NCBI GenBank assembly: GCA_002633005.1
Contig: NMRA01000116.1
Location: 628,521 to 692,520 of the forward strand
Length of the DNA stretch: 64,000 nucleotides
Direction of reading: 5' to 3'
Source of the DNA: Phoronis australis
Taxonomy: Eukaryota; Animalia; Phoronida
A program made the position numbers and the translations under genes. The notes under the pieces were generated by a model, which was given only the letters and a program-made list of their open reading frames with translations, was not told where the DNA came from and did not search any database. Shown here piece by piece: positions 51,557 through 64,000 of the stretch (positions are counted from its first letter, which is position 1; each line of letters opens with the position of its first letter).

Positions 51557-54500
51557 CGTAGGAAATGAGACAAAAATTTTTGGGGGGCACAAACCATTTC
51601 GACGTCGCCAAATAATTCCCCCATCGCCACCANCCCCCCTTGCCCCCGTCCTCCCGATGCCACCATATTTGTACCAAATATCCCACTTGGGGAGGCACAC
51701 AGGCGGAGTTAGGAGGCCAAGAGGCCATGACCCCCTAAAATTCTCCTAGATTCCATTTGGCAGTTAGGAGGTGCCAATTTCTGACTGTCCTGCCCTGACC
51801 CCGTCCCCCCCCCTCCCCAACTCAAAATCATGGAACCCTCTCGAACACTGTCCTGTAGCGAGGAGATGGCTCATAGCTGAGATCTAACGGTGTGAAAACT
51901 GATACGAAATTCCCGATGAAAGCTAGTTGCTGGTCAGCTCAGCTGTGATTCACTTGAAGACAGGCAACTTAGCTCGTATCAACCGTCTGCGCTCGTTCTA
52001 AGGTCAAGATTCGTTTTGTTGTGATCCAGTCGGTTTCTGGAAAACTATTTTTATTATGGTCTTTGAAAGACTTTTTTGAAAAGATATGGGGTCCCGAAGT
52101 CCCTGGTATAGTGCCTTTGGAGATGTTTCAAAATCTCTAGTTGAAACACGACCATTTTCTCAGTTTCTGGTGGCTGAGGAAAAGGATAGTGAGTCCCAAA
52201 AATGTACACAATTCCTGAACGCTTGCAGTTCGAAATCATTCCTTGTGGTTATCACTGAGAGTCTGCGCGGTCTACTGCATGGTTACATCTTAATTTTAAC
52301 GTGGATACGTCAGTCAGGAAAAGCAATCAATTCAGTTTTGAAGAAAAAAATTCATTACTCAGTACTACTGGAAACTACAAACACCAAGGAAAAAAGACAA
52401 CCTTTCCAGGAAATGAGTTTAATTTTATTTATTTAAGGATTTTTAAAACGCTTTTTGCTATGTACAAATTGTGGGGATCGGATTATAGAGTTTTTCAAAC
52501 TTCAGGCAGCAATTAAATCCACTGAATTATCACCAATTCTTACAAGATTAGCTTCTAATTGTCAAAAATCATCTATGAATCTATCGATATTCGTAGATAC
52601 ATAAACAAGTAAATCAGAAACCAACGAATTTGTTTATCAAGCAGGAGTGTTATGAGTGACTTTTGACGGGTAACTGGGGGAATATGGGAGATCGATGGGG
52701 TATTCGTAATAAGGTGTGTTTTCAGAGGTTTCTATAGCTTGAACTTCACTGACAAAAAAACCGTTGAAATCGTTGTTCATGATTGATTGAGTTTTTCAGT
52801 ACCTCTTTCGACGTGTACACGATCATTACAAATAGTAGCCTAGACAGCAGTGTTTTCCACAAGTGGGAATTCCTTACAAACAACTCATAGTAACCATCGT
52901 CAAGAAATACTATTCTTGTGATACCGCCAGAAAAACTAACATTATTTTATTTTAACTAACCATCGGAAATAGTCCTTTTGTGTATTTCACAAGTATGTAA
53001 TTCACAAGCAGTGGTCTTTACGTTCTTCAAAATTCCACCCTTTCGATGGCGGCAATCCTACTCTATTTTTTCAAATTTTTGGTTGTTTCGGTCGATTGGC
53101 AGTGCTGTGCAAGAATGTTTTGTGTTTTTTTGATGAATTTTCCCTCGTGAATACTTGGCAGTGTCGGATTTACATACAGGGGTTAGTGCGCTATTCTATA
53201 TTATGGTAATGGCCATGGATTTAGAATGTCTATGTGTGTAGCACGCTTTCTATATTTATGGTCATGACCATGGATATAGAGTGTCTACCTATGTACCGCT
53301 ATTCTATATTATGCTCATGACCACGGATTTAGATTGCCTATATTTATATAGCGAGCTACGACAATTAGTATAACCAAAACATAGGAACTAGAGCCTGTAC
53401 TTCGTCTAACAAGTGGGTGAGACGAACTCTTTCTAGAATATTTTTTCTATTTGGCTTTGATATGTCTTACACGTTGAAGCTTGTAATGCACCAAGGCCAG
53501 TCAATGAATGTATATTGTGTTTATTGAAATACTTTTAGGCAATCATTAGTTTTAGAAGAATTATTAAAGTTTGACTTGTGGCAATATTAAGACACTTGTT
53601 CATACTGACGTCATTCAGCATTTAATTCCAAAATTCAATGCGCCAACGCCATGACTGTTGCATACATCTGTATGCATTATACATTGCTCCTTGCTAGTCC
53701 AAAGGCTTAGTTTTGCCCCTCACATTTTCCATCAATCTTAATGAAGTTGTACGTATCAAAACAGACACTGTGTACTGTTCGTGTTCTTCACTGTGTTAAT
53801 CATATTTTCTAAACTTAGAATAAGTAAAGCTTGTGTAAAAATCTCGCAACTCCATTTTGGTTGATATGAATTCTGATGAGATTGATCATCGTTCACATTT
53901 ATCAGTCTGATCATCGTTTACAGCATTATTCTTAGGATCGTTTTTGGTCAGTGATAAGAATTCTTATAAATCACTAGGGCTGATGAAAAAGCTTAGATCT
54001 TATATTACTCCATTCGTTAATATTAATTCTTATCAACATCTTATAATATGTCATACCAAAGGGACATTCACCCCGAACTGCTCCACCGAGAGAGGGCAAC
54101 GTCTGAAATGGGGCACCTTAAGATGAAAGGCTAAACATCATTAAACTTGGAAAAAAGTGACAGTTCATTCCACCGTCGTGTGGTCCCAAGACGAGACAGG
54201 GAGTAACCTCCTTCAACATGAAAGCACGATATCACAAAAGCAAGAAAATAAAGGTAATCCATTTCAACAATGGGCCCTCCGTGAGCGGCCCCGTAAGAAT
54301 TTGTCAATAAAAACACAAAAAGGTGGCCACTTGAATGTCATCAATGGCCTCCTTCAAGGGCGGGGCTCCTAAATATTAAAATATATGTTTTTTCAAATAT
54401 CAGGAAATGCGCTGCAATTATCTGTCTGGTCATCAATTTTTCTCAAGTGACATACAGTTTCGAGAAAAAAGCGAAAGTTGTCTCCGTTATCCCTTGCCAG

Positions 54501-54868
54501 AGAGTGGCCTCTGGAAAAATATAGTCTTGCATTCGCAAAATTGACTTATCGAATTTAAACATCCAGTAACTTAGTACACTCCGCAAAAGCTTCGCTTTAC
54601 ATATGATCTCGATTTTTCGAAATATATGTGTGCGTTTAGACGACCTGTGCTGCAAAAGCGAAGACCCTAACGACAGAGTCCTGGCCAGGGTCTTCAAAAA
54701 GTAAACCATGCACTGATGCAGATTTGTTAAATGTCCTCTTGAATTTTCACTTTTATCCGTTTTTCGCAGTCTTTCTTTTGTCGACTGTCCCCGGCACCAT
54801 GCCTATGTCGGTTGCCACGGTTAAACCCAGTGGGAGGCCCGTGCCCCCCCCTGCTTCCTACGGCCCTG
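51557..54868 (-). mobile_element. hAT-like non-autonomous element (inner copy), nested in reverse within a copy of the same family
   Basis: Right end is the reverse complement of CAGGGCCGTAGGAAGCAGGGG; left end CCGTAGGAA...GGGGGCAC. Segments are inverted homologues of 50846-51556 and 54872-56410. Carries an insertion at about 53180-54055. Confidence 0.7.
53190..53353. repeat. Degenerate tandem repeat, about 54 bp x 3
   Basis: gctattctatattatggtcatgaccatggatttaga.tgtcta units. Confidence 0.85.
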
Positions 54869-57189
54869 AGTATCACCCTTTTCAAGCTTAATGATGTTTA
54901 GGGTTTTCATAATTAAGGGTCCCATTTCAGACGGGAACCACTCTCGGTGAAGCAGTTCGGAGAAATATCACTTTGTCCCTCTATACATGTAAATTCGACA
55001 TTGCCAAGTATTCACAAGGGAAGTTGTGATTCGAAATTCATCAAAAACACAAAACACTTATGCACAGCAAAGCAGCATAAAGACATTCGACCCAAACAAC
55101 CAGAAAAATGAGAAAGGATACAATAGGATTGACCACCATCGAAAGGGAGCCAGGAATTAAAGAACGTGAAGACCGCTGTTTCCTAATTACACAAAAGGAT
55201 TATTTCCGATGGTTATTTATAAAATAATGTTACTGTTTCCCATATTATCACAAGAACAGCATCTCTTTTGAAGATGGTTACTATGAGTTGTTTGTAAGGA
55301 ATTCCCACATGTGGAAAACACTGCTGTCGTGGCTACCATTGGGGTGACCATGTACATGTCGCAAGAGTATACCCAAATACTCGCAATAATAAACAAAATA
55401 AACAAATATTTCAGCGTTTTTTTGATGTCAAGTTAAACTCGTGAACCGTTATAGGTACCTCAGAAACAGCAAAAATACACTTTACTATGAATCTTCCGGG
55501 CCATTTCCCCCCGGTTACCCGTAAAAAATCTGCGGGCATGCCTACAGAAATTGCATTTAACATTCCGTTTCGATAAACAAACTCGTTGGTATCTGGTTTA
55601 CATGTTTATGCATCTAAGAAAACCGACAGGTTAATGTGTGCTTTTTGGCAATTAGAAGCTAATCTTTTAAGAAATGATGACGATTCAGGGAATTTAGTTG
55701 CAGCTTGAATATGGAAAAACTATAATCCGATCCCAAAATAGTCAAGTGCACTTGGACGTTATTTCGCCTATCTAATATAACTCTCTAAAACGTTGATGAA
55801 ATTTGGACACTTCCCAAAAAATTACTCACAATTCAAATGACAATAAATGCATTGCTTTTTGACTTCGGTACAAGATTTGTTGTCACTAACAGGGGATCAA
55901 AAAGGAATTAAGTCATTAAATCAAGGTAAACGCATTGCTCATGGATTTGATCGTTGGTTTCTGATTTACATGTTTATGTATCTACGAATGAGGACTGACT
56001 GAGAGAGGATTTTTTGACAATTAGAAGCTAATCTTGTAATAAATGACAATAATTCAATGAGCATAATTGCAGGCCGACATTGGGAAAATTCGATCTATCA
56101 TCAAATCATCAAATATAAAAGTACACTAAACGATTTTTGTCCATCTGAAATAAGTCTAAAGGAAATTGATGAATTTCAGATAGCTCAACAATGAGTCCTA
56201 AAATCTTCTCACAATTCAAATGACAATAAATTGTTTATTGGCTCAGGAACTAGATTGCTGGGTTTAAATTTACAAACTGTAGATAGAAAACGAAGTTTAA
56301 GTACTTAAATAAATAAAATCAAACTTATTGGTTATCAACTTGGAAAGGTTGTATTTGAACTTCCTTGATGGTTTTGGTTTTCAGTGGTATTGCGCAATGA
56401 ATTTTTGTTCGTACGCTTGATTATATTAGTTCGTGTGCTTGACTTTTAATGTTTGTAAACATCAAGTTGTGATTTTTACGTATGATTAAATTGTTGTTCC
56501 GAATGATGCAATGGTTTATGCGCATGACTTGAAGTTCCTGTGTAAAACTTGAACTTTATGCGTATGACTCGAAGTTGAAGTTTGTATGTACGACTGTCTG
56601 ATACCCTTGTGCTGTAATTGCTGACAAATGTTGAACTCAAGATAACTTTCTTTATTACTTAAATGTGATTATGGCAATGGTGTATTTTTCAGTGGGACTG
56701 AACTTTCTGGAATTAATGCTATGTCATGTGATTCTTCCTGTGACGACAAAGCTTTGAGGTAATTATATCAAGGTCATTCATTATAAGGATGATGTGAAAG
56801 CACTGATCTTTAAAATTTAAGATAACTAGTCAGTGCTCATTAAATTATATTGACCTCAATTTTTTACAAAAATAAGAATAGTGCTTTAACTTATAATTGA
56901 ATTATTTTTGTAAAATATTCTGTAAAACAGATGTAATATGCATTGTATATGAATTCTTTCCACATGTCTGGTATGGTCAGGGATGGTGTGCACATGTTTC
57001 CCTTTTAAGCATTACTGAAATTAGAATACTCTGTATACATGTGTCAAGTGTACACTTTTGTGATTTGCAGAGATGTACCTGAAAGAGATAATGCATTAAA
57101 GCAGATGGGCAATCGAACGGTTAGTTGACCCTTTTGAGTAATTACAACCTACTAGGTGTGGTGTTATATAGGTCATCCTGAGACTAATC

Positions 57190-57760
57190 TTGTTATGCGC
57201 CCTCATATTTATATGTGGGGGCATATTACCATCCTCTCTGTCTATGCGGGCGTGCAGCATCCGCAGCTGTATCCCCTAAACCCCTCAAAGAATCTCGATG
57301 AGATTTGTCAGATGTCTCCTATGAAGCTGACGCTGGACGGATGGCGACAAATTTCGGATACACCCGATGACTGGTGTGCCCCCTCGTGGAAATTTTAGTT
57401 TTTATGTTTAACTCTGTATCTTCAAAGGTCCTCAACGGATTTTCATGAAACTTGACACAGGTATATGATAATGAGATGACGCTATCACTCCGTTCTCGGA
57501 TTTTGGGGCACCTAGTGGCCTTTTTACTGTTTCAGACGACTTCAACTACTGTGGCGCTCCCTAGTGGCAGTTATGTTTTTTGTTTGTGTCAATTTCATTT
57601 TTTTACATTTTCCTCTCTTGCTCTGCCATTTCCTTGACGGACTTTTATATTTGGTAAATAGCGTTCTATCGAAGCAAAGGCATATTCCTGTTTTCGGATG
57701 GATTCGACTTGTTTTGCGTTATCTAGTTGCCATTTCTGTGATACAAATAAACACCCCTGG
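57190..57760 (-). mobile_element. Same repeat family, inverted copy with terminal stem-loop
   Basis: TATGCGCCCTCATAT...ATATGTGGGGGCATA hairpin at about 57193-57225, ctgtct microsatellite remnant, gattttcatgaaacttg, and CTAGTGGC motifs at 57505-57520 and 57551-57569. Confidence 0.65.
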
Positions 57761-58101
57761 AAGCACACTGTTTAGGGTGCCTTCGTGGACTCATTTTGCT
57801 CCGCATTGCTCTTGTCTTATTTGTGTTTTTAATGTGACAAGTTGATAATACTAACTAATTCAAATATAGTGTGGGCAGAGTGGAATTCACTGATTGCTTT
57901 TGCAGCTACTTACATTTCTTAGAACTGAATTTGAAATTTTTTTCAACGTTGAATGCTGTATAATTTAAAAATAAATATTTGAAGACGAAGTTGAAATCCT
58001 TGGGATTTTAGCATATACATTTCATAATTTTTTTTCGGTTTCTATACATCATAAATTAACCGTGATTAGGCGATATGTGCTGAAATCCAATGAATACAGA
58101 C

Positions 58102-58295
58102 TATGGGCAGCGAAAAGGTTCAAAATAGACAATACTGCCAAATAAACAAGCGGTTTGACAAACAGACAAGTGGTTTGCTAAACAGACAAGTGATTCGTCA
58201 AATAAACAGGTCAAGAATGCTATGGTTTTCCAAACAGACAAGACAACTTGTTTATTTGGCAGTGTTGTCTATTTTGAACCTTTTCGCTGCCCATA
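58102..58295. mobile_element. MITE / palindromic element with 49-bp arms
   Basis: 58102-58150 vs 58247-58295 are reverse complements with one mismatch; spacer has repeated AAACAGACAAG. Confidence 0.8.
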
Positions 58296-61200
58296 ACAGA
58301 CTGATCAATGCTAAACAGTTAAAGGAAGAGAAACACATGAACAGTTTTGAATTTATATATTACAGGTTAACGATTGATGTTTCTGAGGACAATGTAGCAT
58401 GCGATGACATAGAAGATGACTTATGATGCAAAATAACCATTGGGTACATACATTTGAATTAGGAGTTATCCATAGATTATGCTCATTGCCGTCACTGCTA
58501 ATGTATATAATGGCAATATATCTTCTGCTGACTTTTTTCTTCATAGCTTGGTGTGCTAGAGAGCCTGCATGGACAACAACGAATCTCAGGTTTGAAGCCC
58601 TGCCGGGCAGGAAAGAAATCTTTTCACACTAGTAACCATTAGGTCCAGGAAACTGACTAATGAAGGCTTCATGAGGCGTCGTCAAATGTTATACGCATAA
58701 AACATTTGAATTCTAAATCAACTGGACTAAACTGTTCTCCAGTGCACACCACTAGAACAAACTGGAATTTTTTTCAGTTGTTGATGTCACCACTTATTTT
58801 GCATTGTTAGACAAATGATAACCACATGAAAGTCTATGTGAAATGAAATGGCTTCCAATTTCTTCAAGATGTAACGTGACATAGATTGTTAACTATAGGA
58901 TGTTCTGTATATTTATACAAATCATAAGTGGTTCTCTGAACGAGAGCTTTTGAAATGTTTTATCACTTTAGTATTCATAGTAAAGTACTTGTAAGTCAGC
59001 TTGGCGATATGCATAAGCTTTCAGAGCATGTTGAGCTGGCGTCAATGAGGCTGGACTGGTAGTAGCTGTAGCGACTGACCTCCCTCTCCTTCCTCTACCT
59101 TTTCTTACTCTTGCACCTTGTTCTCCCGGCTCTCCGACATTCCCTATGTTAATAAACAGACCTTTCAAATTTCACGTAAAGTCTCAAAGGTCATCAAAAG
59201 CCATGCCTAACATTGGATATAATTTCCAAACCAAAGCAAATGCTTCAAATGCGACTGGTAATGTGTGAAAAAATTCTGTTCGTGAGTGCATTCCATCAAC
59301 GAGTTCTCAACCCTCAGTCTGTTGGTCTAAGCTTTTGTCATGCTTTAGCAATCTTTGGCTCAATAAAATGCTACTTCAGACAGCTTTGTTCTCTAACCGC
59401 ACATGAACTGTTGGGGAAGTTCTGTGCGAGTGAAACTGTGCAGCAGCTGATATTGGATAATGAATAATGGTGTGAACTATGGCAGTACTCATCTGGAATT
59501 ATAATTAGATGCACCGTGGACAGTAGAAAAAATATTTTCTATCAGTGTTGCAGATGTTTTTAATAGGCTCAATTTGCTAGAAGTTGGCAGGTAATCTATC
59601 ATTCCCTATGTTCAAAGGTGTGTAGATTGATTCTGTTCTTAGCTTTCTTAACAAAGTTATGTTGCTCAAATGGCATGACCTCCTATTCCATGCGTTATTT
59701 AAGTCTGTATCCTTCCATGAGTGATACATTATTGATTCTTCATTGTAGCCAGATGGAAGTGGAAGTCAGCTCAATAAAACAAAAGTTACTTGCAAACCAC
59801 AGATTTGTGCAACCCTCTACATTGCTAAGTGTTTGAGCTCATAGCCACTGAAAATGTAAAGCGTACTTTGAAGAAAAGCATAATCATTTAGACATGATGA
59901 CGCTCAATAAAATAAAACATCTAAAATGTTGTTGGGACTGAATTTTCATCATGGTGCATATTGTAAACTATTACTGGGTGAGCAATTGGGTCAATTACCA
60001 CCAGTCATTGAAACAGACAGGTCTTTTCACCTAATGACAATGTAAAGTAGCAAATGACAGAATTAACAGCTTTTAAAGTCCTTCTCTCAAACTGCCCATT
60101 TGGTTCCAGTATCCGAAAATACTTACTACATAAATTCTTATTTTCGACACCCTTTCTTTATATTCTTTTTGCCTTTCTTGCCAAAAGCGATTTTTAACTG
60201 TATTTGACCCTTCTCTGTGAGCGTATGATTACCGGTTGTCATCGGTTATTTCCGTACCCACATTTCCGTCTCATCAGTTCAGGAACTTGTCCTCAACGCC
60301 GCTATTTTTTCCTTGTAACTGAATGTGCTATGGCTTGCTCGAAAAGTCTTCATTATTTTGTTTTATTAGTAATATATCGTGATTCGTTTGCATATGTAGT
60401 GTAGTTATAGTTTGTAGTTAGTGGTCGTTGATTTTTTTGGAATGTTACGCGCACTTAGTATGTTAAAATAGCATTGGTGTTTAGTTCCTTACGTAGGCGG
60501 GTCGAACCTAGGAACCAATATGGGTCGAACCAATTTTTTTCGGTTTTATATTTTTCCTCGTTTTGAAAATGTACTTTGCTATCATCGGAAAGGTAGTACA
60601 TTCTACTCAGTAAAAATCGAAAAAGTATCAAAATCGGGGCAAGCATTGTAAAGTTATTGCAAGTTTTGTGGCGAAATTTGGGTCACTGTGTTTGGATCGC
60701 GTCGGACATATTGAGGGACAGCGGGATAAGTTACGAGTTTAAAACTTTGTGTAAAGTTTTTTCGCCAACAAATTACGGTGAAATTTAGTTAGACATATCT
60801 TTACTTACTATTCTGCACGATTTAACAGTGTTCACCAAATTTCAGCCTCGCAGTTGTTACTCATTAAGAGATAAATGTGCTCACAATTCCCGTTGGACTT
60901 CGTCTCATTTCTGACGGCACCGACAACATGGCGACTTTTGCTGAACTGAAAGGCATGTCCAATCGGCTGCTTTGTAATTTGTGAAGATTTAACGTTGATA
61001 CATTTTGACAAACGTTGTTACAAAAAAGAAACTTTGTTCAATTTTCGTGTTTTTGTGCAAAAATATAAGATATATTCGAATTGTTTCAGGTTATCAAGTC
61101 AACAATATGAATAATCTTAATTTGAGAAATAATTTATGTTGGATTGTGAAGCTTAAAGCCTCTAATTTTTGTTCCTTGCAATTTCATATTTTTTTAAATG

Positions 61201-61835
61201 ATGCTTGTCAAATTCTGGTGTAAGGAAACACTATTCCGTCATCATGGTGATAATTACATGTATGTCCACTTTCATATCATGGAAACTGTTCCTGTTGAAT
61301 AGTGTTTGTAATGCTAAATGTTGTAAAGTATTGTGCATTTTAAGTTACTTATTATGTTGGGTTAATGAATAAAAATTGATAACATGTTGTATTGGACTTG
61401 TCATACTTGAAGATAATAAAAGATAGACATTCCCAAAAATTCCAGCCCCCCATTCTGTTAGGCTTGGTGCGCTCAAACAAAGTCTGGGAAAATCTCTATT
61501 GAAAGCCAACAACTTTGCACAGTTCGCCAGAAGTACCCAAGTTCTAAATAAACCTCGTTTGAGCGAGCGCTGTGGCCAGCGACCAGTTAGGCCTAAGGGT
61601 AGCCTTGGCGCAAAGCTGTATAGGCCTACTAACAAGCTGGTGACTGAGGCTAACTAAGGTCTGCCGCGGCAGTGTGACATAGGACTAACCAGCCCGTAAT
61701 TTCATGCAAGTGCCTGAAACTACCCTTGAATATATGCAGCATTTATGATTTGACCATTTTACTTCGACAAAACAGCTTGCAACCGCATGCATTTACCGTT
61801 CGCCGGTGTCTGGTCTCGATCCGCACCGGGTCCGA

Positions 61836-62770
61836 NNNNNNNNNNNNNNNNNNNNNNNNNNNNNNNNNNNNNNNNNNNNNNNNNNNNNNNNNNNNNNNNN
61901 NNNNNNNNNNNNNNNNNNNNNNNNNNNNNNNNNNNNNNNNNNNNNNNNNNNNNNNNNNNNNNNNNNNNNNNNNNNNNNNNNNNNNNNNNNNNNNNNNNNN
62001 NNNNNNNNNNNNNNNNNNNNNNNNNNNNNNNNNNNNNNNNNNNNNNNNNNNNNNNNNNNNNNNNNNNNNNNNNNNNNNNNNNNNNNNNNNNNNNNNNNNN
62101 NNNNNNNNNNNNNNNNNNNNNNNNNNNNNNNNNNNNNNNNNNNNNNNNNNNNNNNNNNNNNNNNNNNNNNNNNNNNNNNNNNNNNNNNNNNNNNNNNNNN
62201 NNNNNNNNNNNNNNNNNNNNNNNNNNNNNNNNNNNNNNNNNNNNNNNNNNNNNNNNNNNNNNNNNNNNNNNNNNNNNNNNNNNNNNNNNNNNNNNNNNNN
62301 NNNNNNNNNNNNNNNNNNNNNNNNNNNNNNNNNNNNNNNNNNNNNNNNNNNNNNNNNNNNNNNNNNNNNNNNNNNNNNNNNNNNNNNNNNNNNNNNNNNN
62401 NNNNNNNNNNNNNNNNNNNNNNNNNNNNNNNNNNNNNNNNNNNNNNNNNNNNNNNNNNNNNNNNNNNNNNNNNNNNNNNNNNNNNNNNNNNNNNNNNNNN
62501 NNNNNNNNNNNNNNNNNNNNNNNNNNNNNNNNNNNNNNNNNNNNNNNNNNNNNNNNNNNNNNNNNNNNNNNNNNNNNNNNNNNNNNNNNNNNNNNNNNNN
62601 NNNNNNNNNNNNNNNNNNNNNNNNNNNNNNNNNNNNNNNNNNNNNNNNNNNNNNNNNNNNNNNNNNNNNNNNNNNNNNNNNNNNNNNNNNNNNNNNNNNN
62701 NNNNNNNNNNNNNNNNNNNNNNNNNNNNNNNNNNNNNNNNNNNNNNNNNNNNNNNNNNNNNNNNNNNNNN
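61836..62770. other. Assembly gap (935 N)
   Basis: Run of N; a single N also occurs at 51633. Confidence 1.
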
Positions 62771-64000
62771 TTCTTTGTTGCATTATAGTAACTGGTCTTG
62801 GCTAATTATCATTTTATGGCCTGGTTATCCATTCAGCCCAAAGTAGTTCCAGAGGTGGCTTATCAGCCAATTATTCACGCATGCTGACTCACAATAGAAG
62901 CCTGATAAGAGTGAAGGTGGATAAATGCGGTGTTCCTACAGTTTCTTGTTTTAGTGGATGTGTTCACGACATGGGGTCCACTGAGTATATTTGGCCCAAG
63001 AATTCCAATTAAAAAACCCAGGTCAGAAATTTTGTGGAAATTTTTGACCTGTAAACAAGAAGGCCCAATGTGGTTTTGAGAGGAATTCAGCAGCCTCCAT
63101 TTTCTTCCCACCACTAACAGCTAACGGCAGCCTACATTTTCCCACCCGTGACAAACAGGTATAGATGGACTTAGCTAATTGCACTTCTGGACTACTTGGC
63201 CATTTAGTAAACGGTCAATACACAATCATCATGTGGTAAACGATCATCCTGAGAAACATTGTAGTTAACACTAGACTACGTAAGTCGTGCGTACAGTCTC
63301 TGCATTGAGATGTTTTTAGTAAAATGTTGGTGTTTTGTTGACCCATGCGTCGATCGATCGTTGAGCCAGATCAGCCACCGAGACGACTTTCACTCACAGA
63401 ACAATAAGACACGAATCAAACGTTCTCCGTTAGAAATGCACCTACATGTAAAAGAAATCCTAGCAAAAATAGATGAGTTGACCTAGCATAAAAACCAAAC
63501 AAATCGATAACTTACTTCAGAAATAGGGTACTTAAGCCGATCAAGACGACGATGTGCTTTCGAAATCAGCTATCATTGTTTTGGCTTTAGTGACCTTTCA
63601 CCTATCTGAGGTCATCGGGCTATTCCAAATAAGGCAACGCAATGCATTCTGGGACTGTAATGTCGGCCTTGACGAGCATGTATATTCCTCTCTTTCAGAC
63701 AACCACAGTAATTTTACAGTCAGAACTGAAGATGATGGGCACCGGAAAACAGTTCTAAGATAAGCTGAGTGGGTTTAAAAGTAATAGAGTATCATCAAGT
63801 CTCAAACAGGCGAAAGCAAAAAAAGGTATTGAATCCTAAGACATCTGAGTAACGTTCAGTATACACAACAAATCAAGATCATACAAGTCTTTGTGACACT
63901 TTGCCATACATTTTAAGTGAAGTAGGTGATGACGCTGAAGAACAATCATGTTGGAAAAGCTAAAATCAAATGTAAAACAGCATCATGATTAGTTTGATAT

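Larger units (their letters stand above)
50846..56410 (+). mobile_element. hAT-like non-autonomous element (outer copy), split into 50846-51556 and 54872-56410
   Basis: Starts CAGGGCCGTAG; the two halves are collinear with the inner copy read on the minus strand; internal tandem duplication of about 369 bp (55582 / 55951); right end not found. Confidence 0.65.

Noticed and set aside
58968-59168. Collagen-like GNVGEPGEQGAR ORF
   Set aside because: Only about 4 Gly-X-Y triplets, weak acceptor, and no partner exons.
61726-62846. Four 330-360 aa ORFs
   Set aside because: They consist almost entirely of X from the N gap.
63554-63763. ORF with a signal-peptide-like start
   Set aside because: Begins at GTG rather than ATG; the adjacent ATG frame closes quickly; no recognisable domain.

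Overview
AT-rich, repeat-dense animal DNA (intron/exon structure and the tRNA-SINE, Kolobok and Helentron-like repeats suggest a marine invertebrate; species not determinable). Two spliced protein-coding genes lie in tandem on the minus strand. (1) Peroxisomal 2,4-dienoyl-CoA reductase DECR2: 7 coding exons read at 45948-39708, ending in the PTS1 tripeptide SKL; first exon unresolved. (2) The 5' part of a class II P4-ATPase ATP9A/B: 7 coding exons read at 29458-19974; first exon unresolved; followed by an intron of at least 20 kb that runs off the left edge and contains enhancer-like blocks. The rest is transposon-derived (LINE 3' end, decayed Gypsy RT, Kolobok, Harbinger and hAT-like elements, MITEs, SINEs), minisatellites, palindromes and a 935-N gap. 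Almost all ORF-track entries are spurious. No new protein-coding system is evident. The best leads are non-coding: repeat arrays whose monomers each carry a CTCF-like motif, tRNA look-alikes coupled to CTCF-like motifs, the giant ATP9 intron as a candidate regulatory block, a DNA transposon nested in reverse inside a copy of its own family, and two back-to-back perfect palindromes. All family assignments come from reading motifs by eye, not from database searches.
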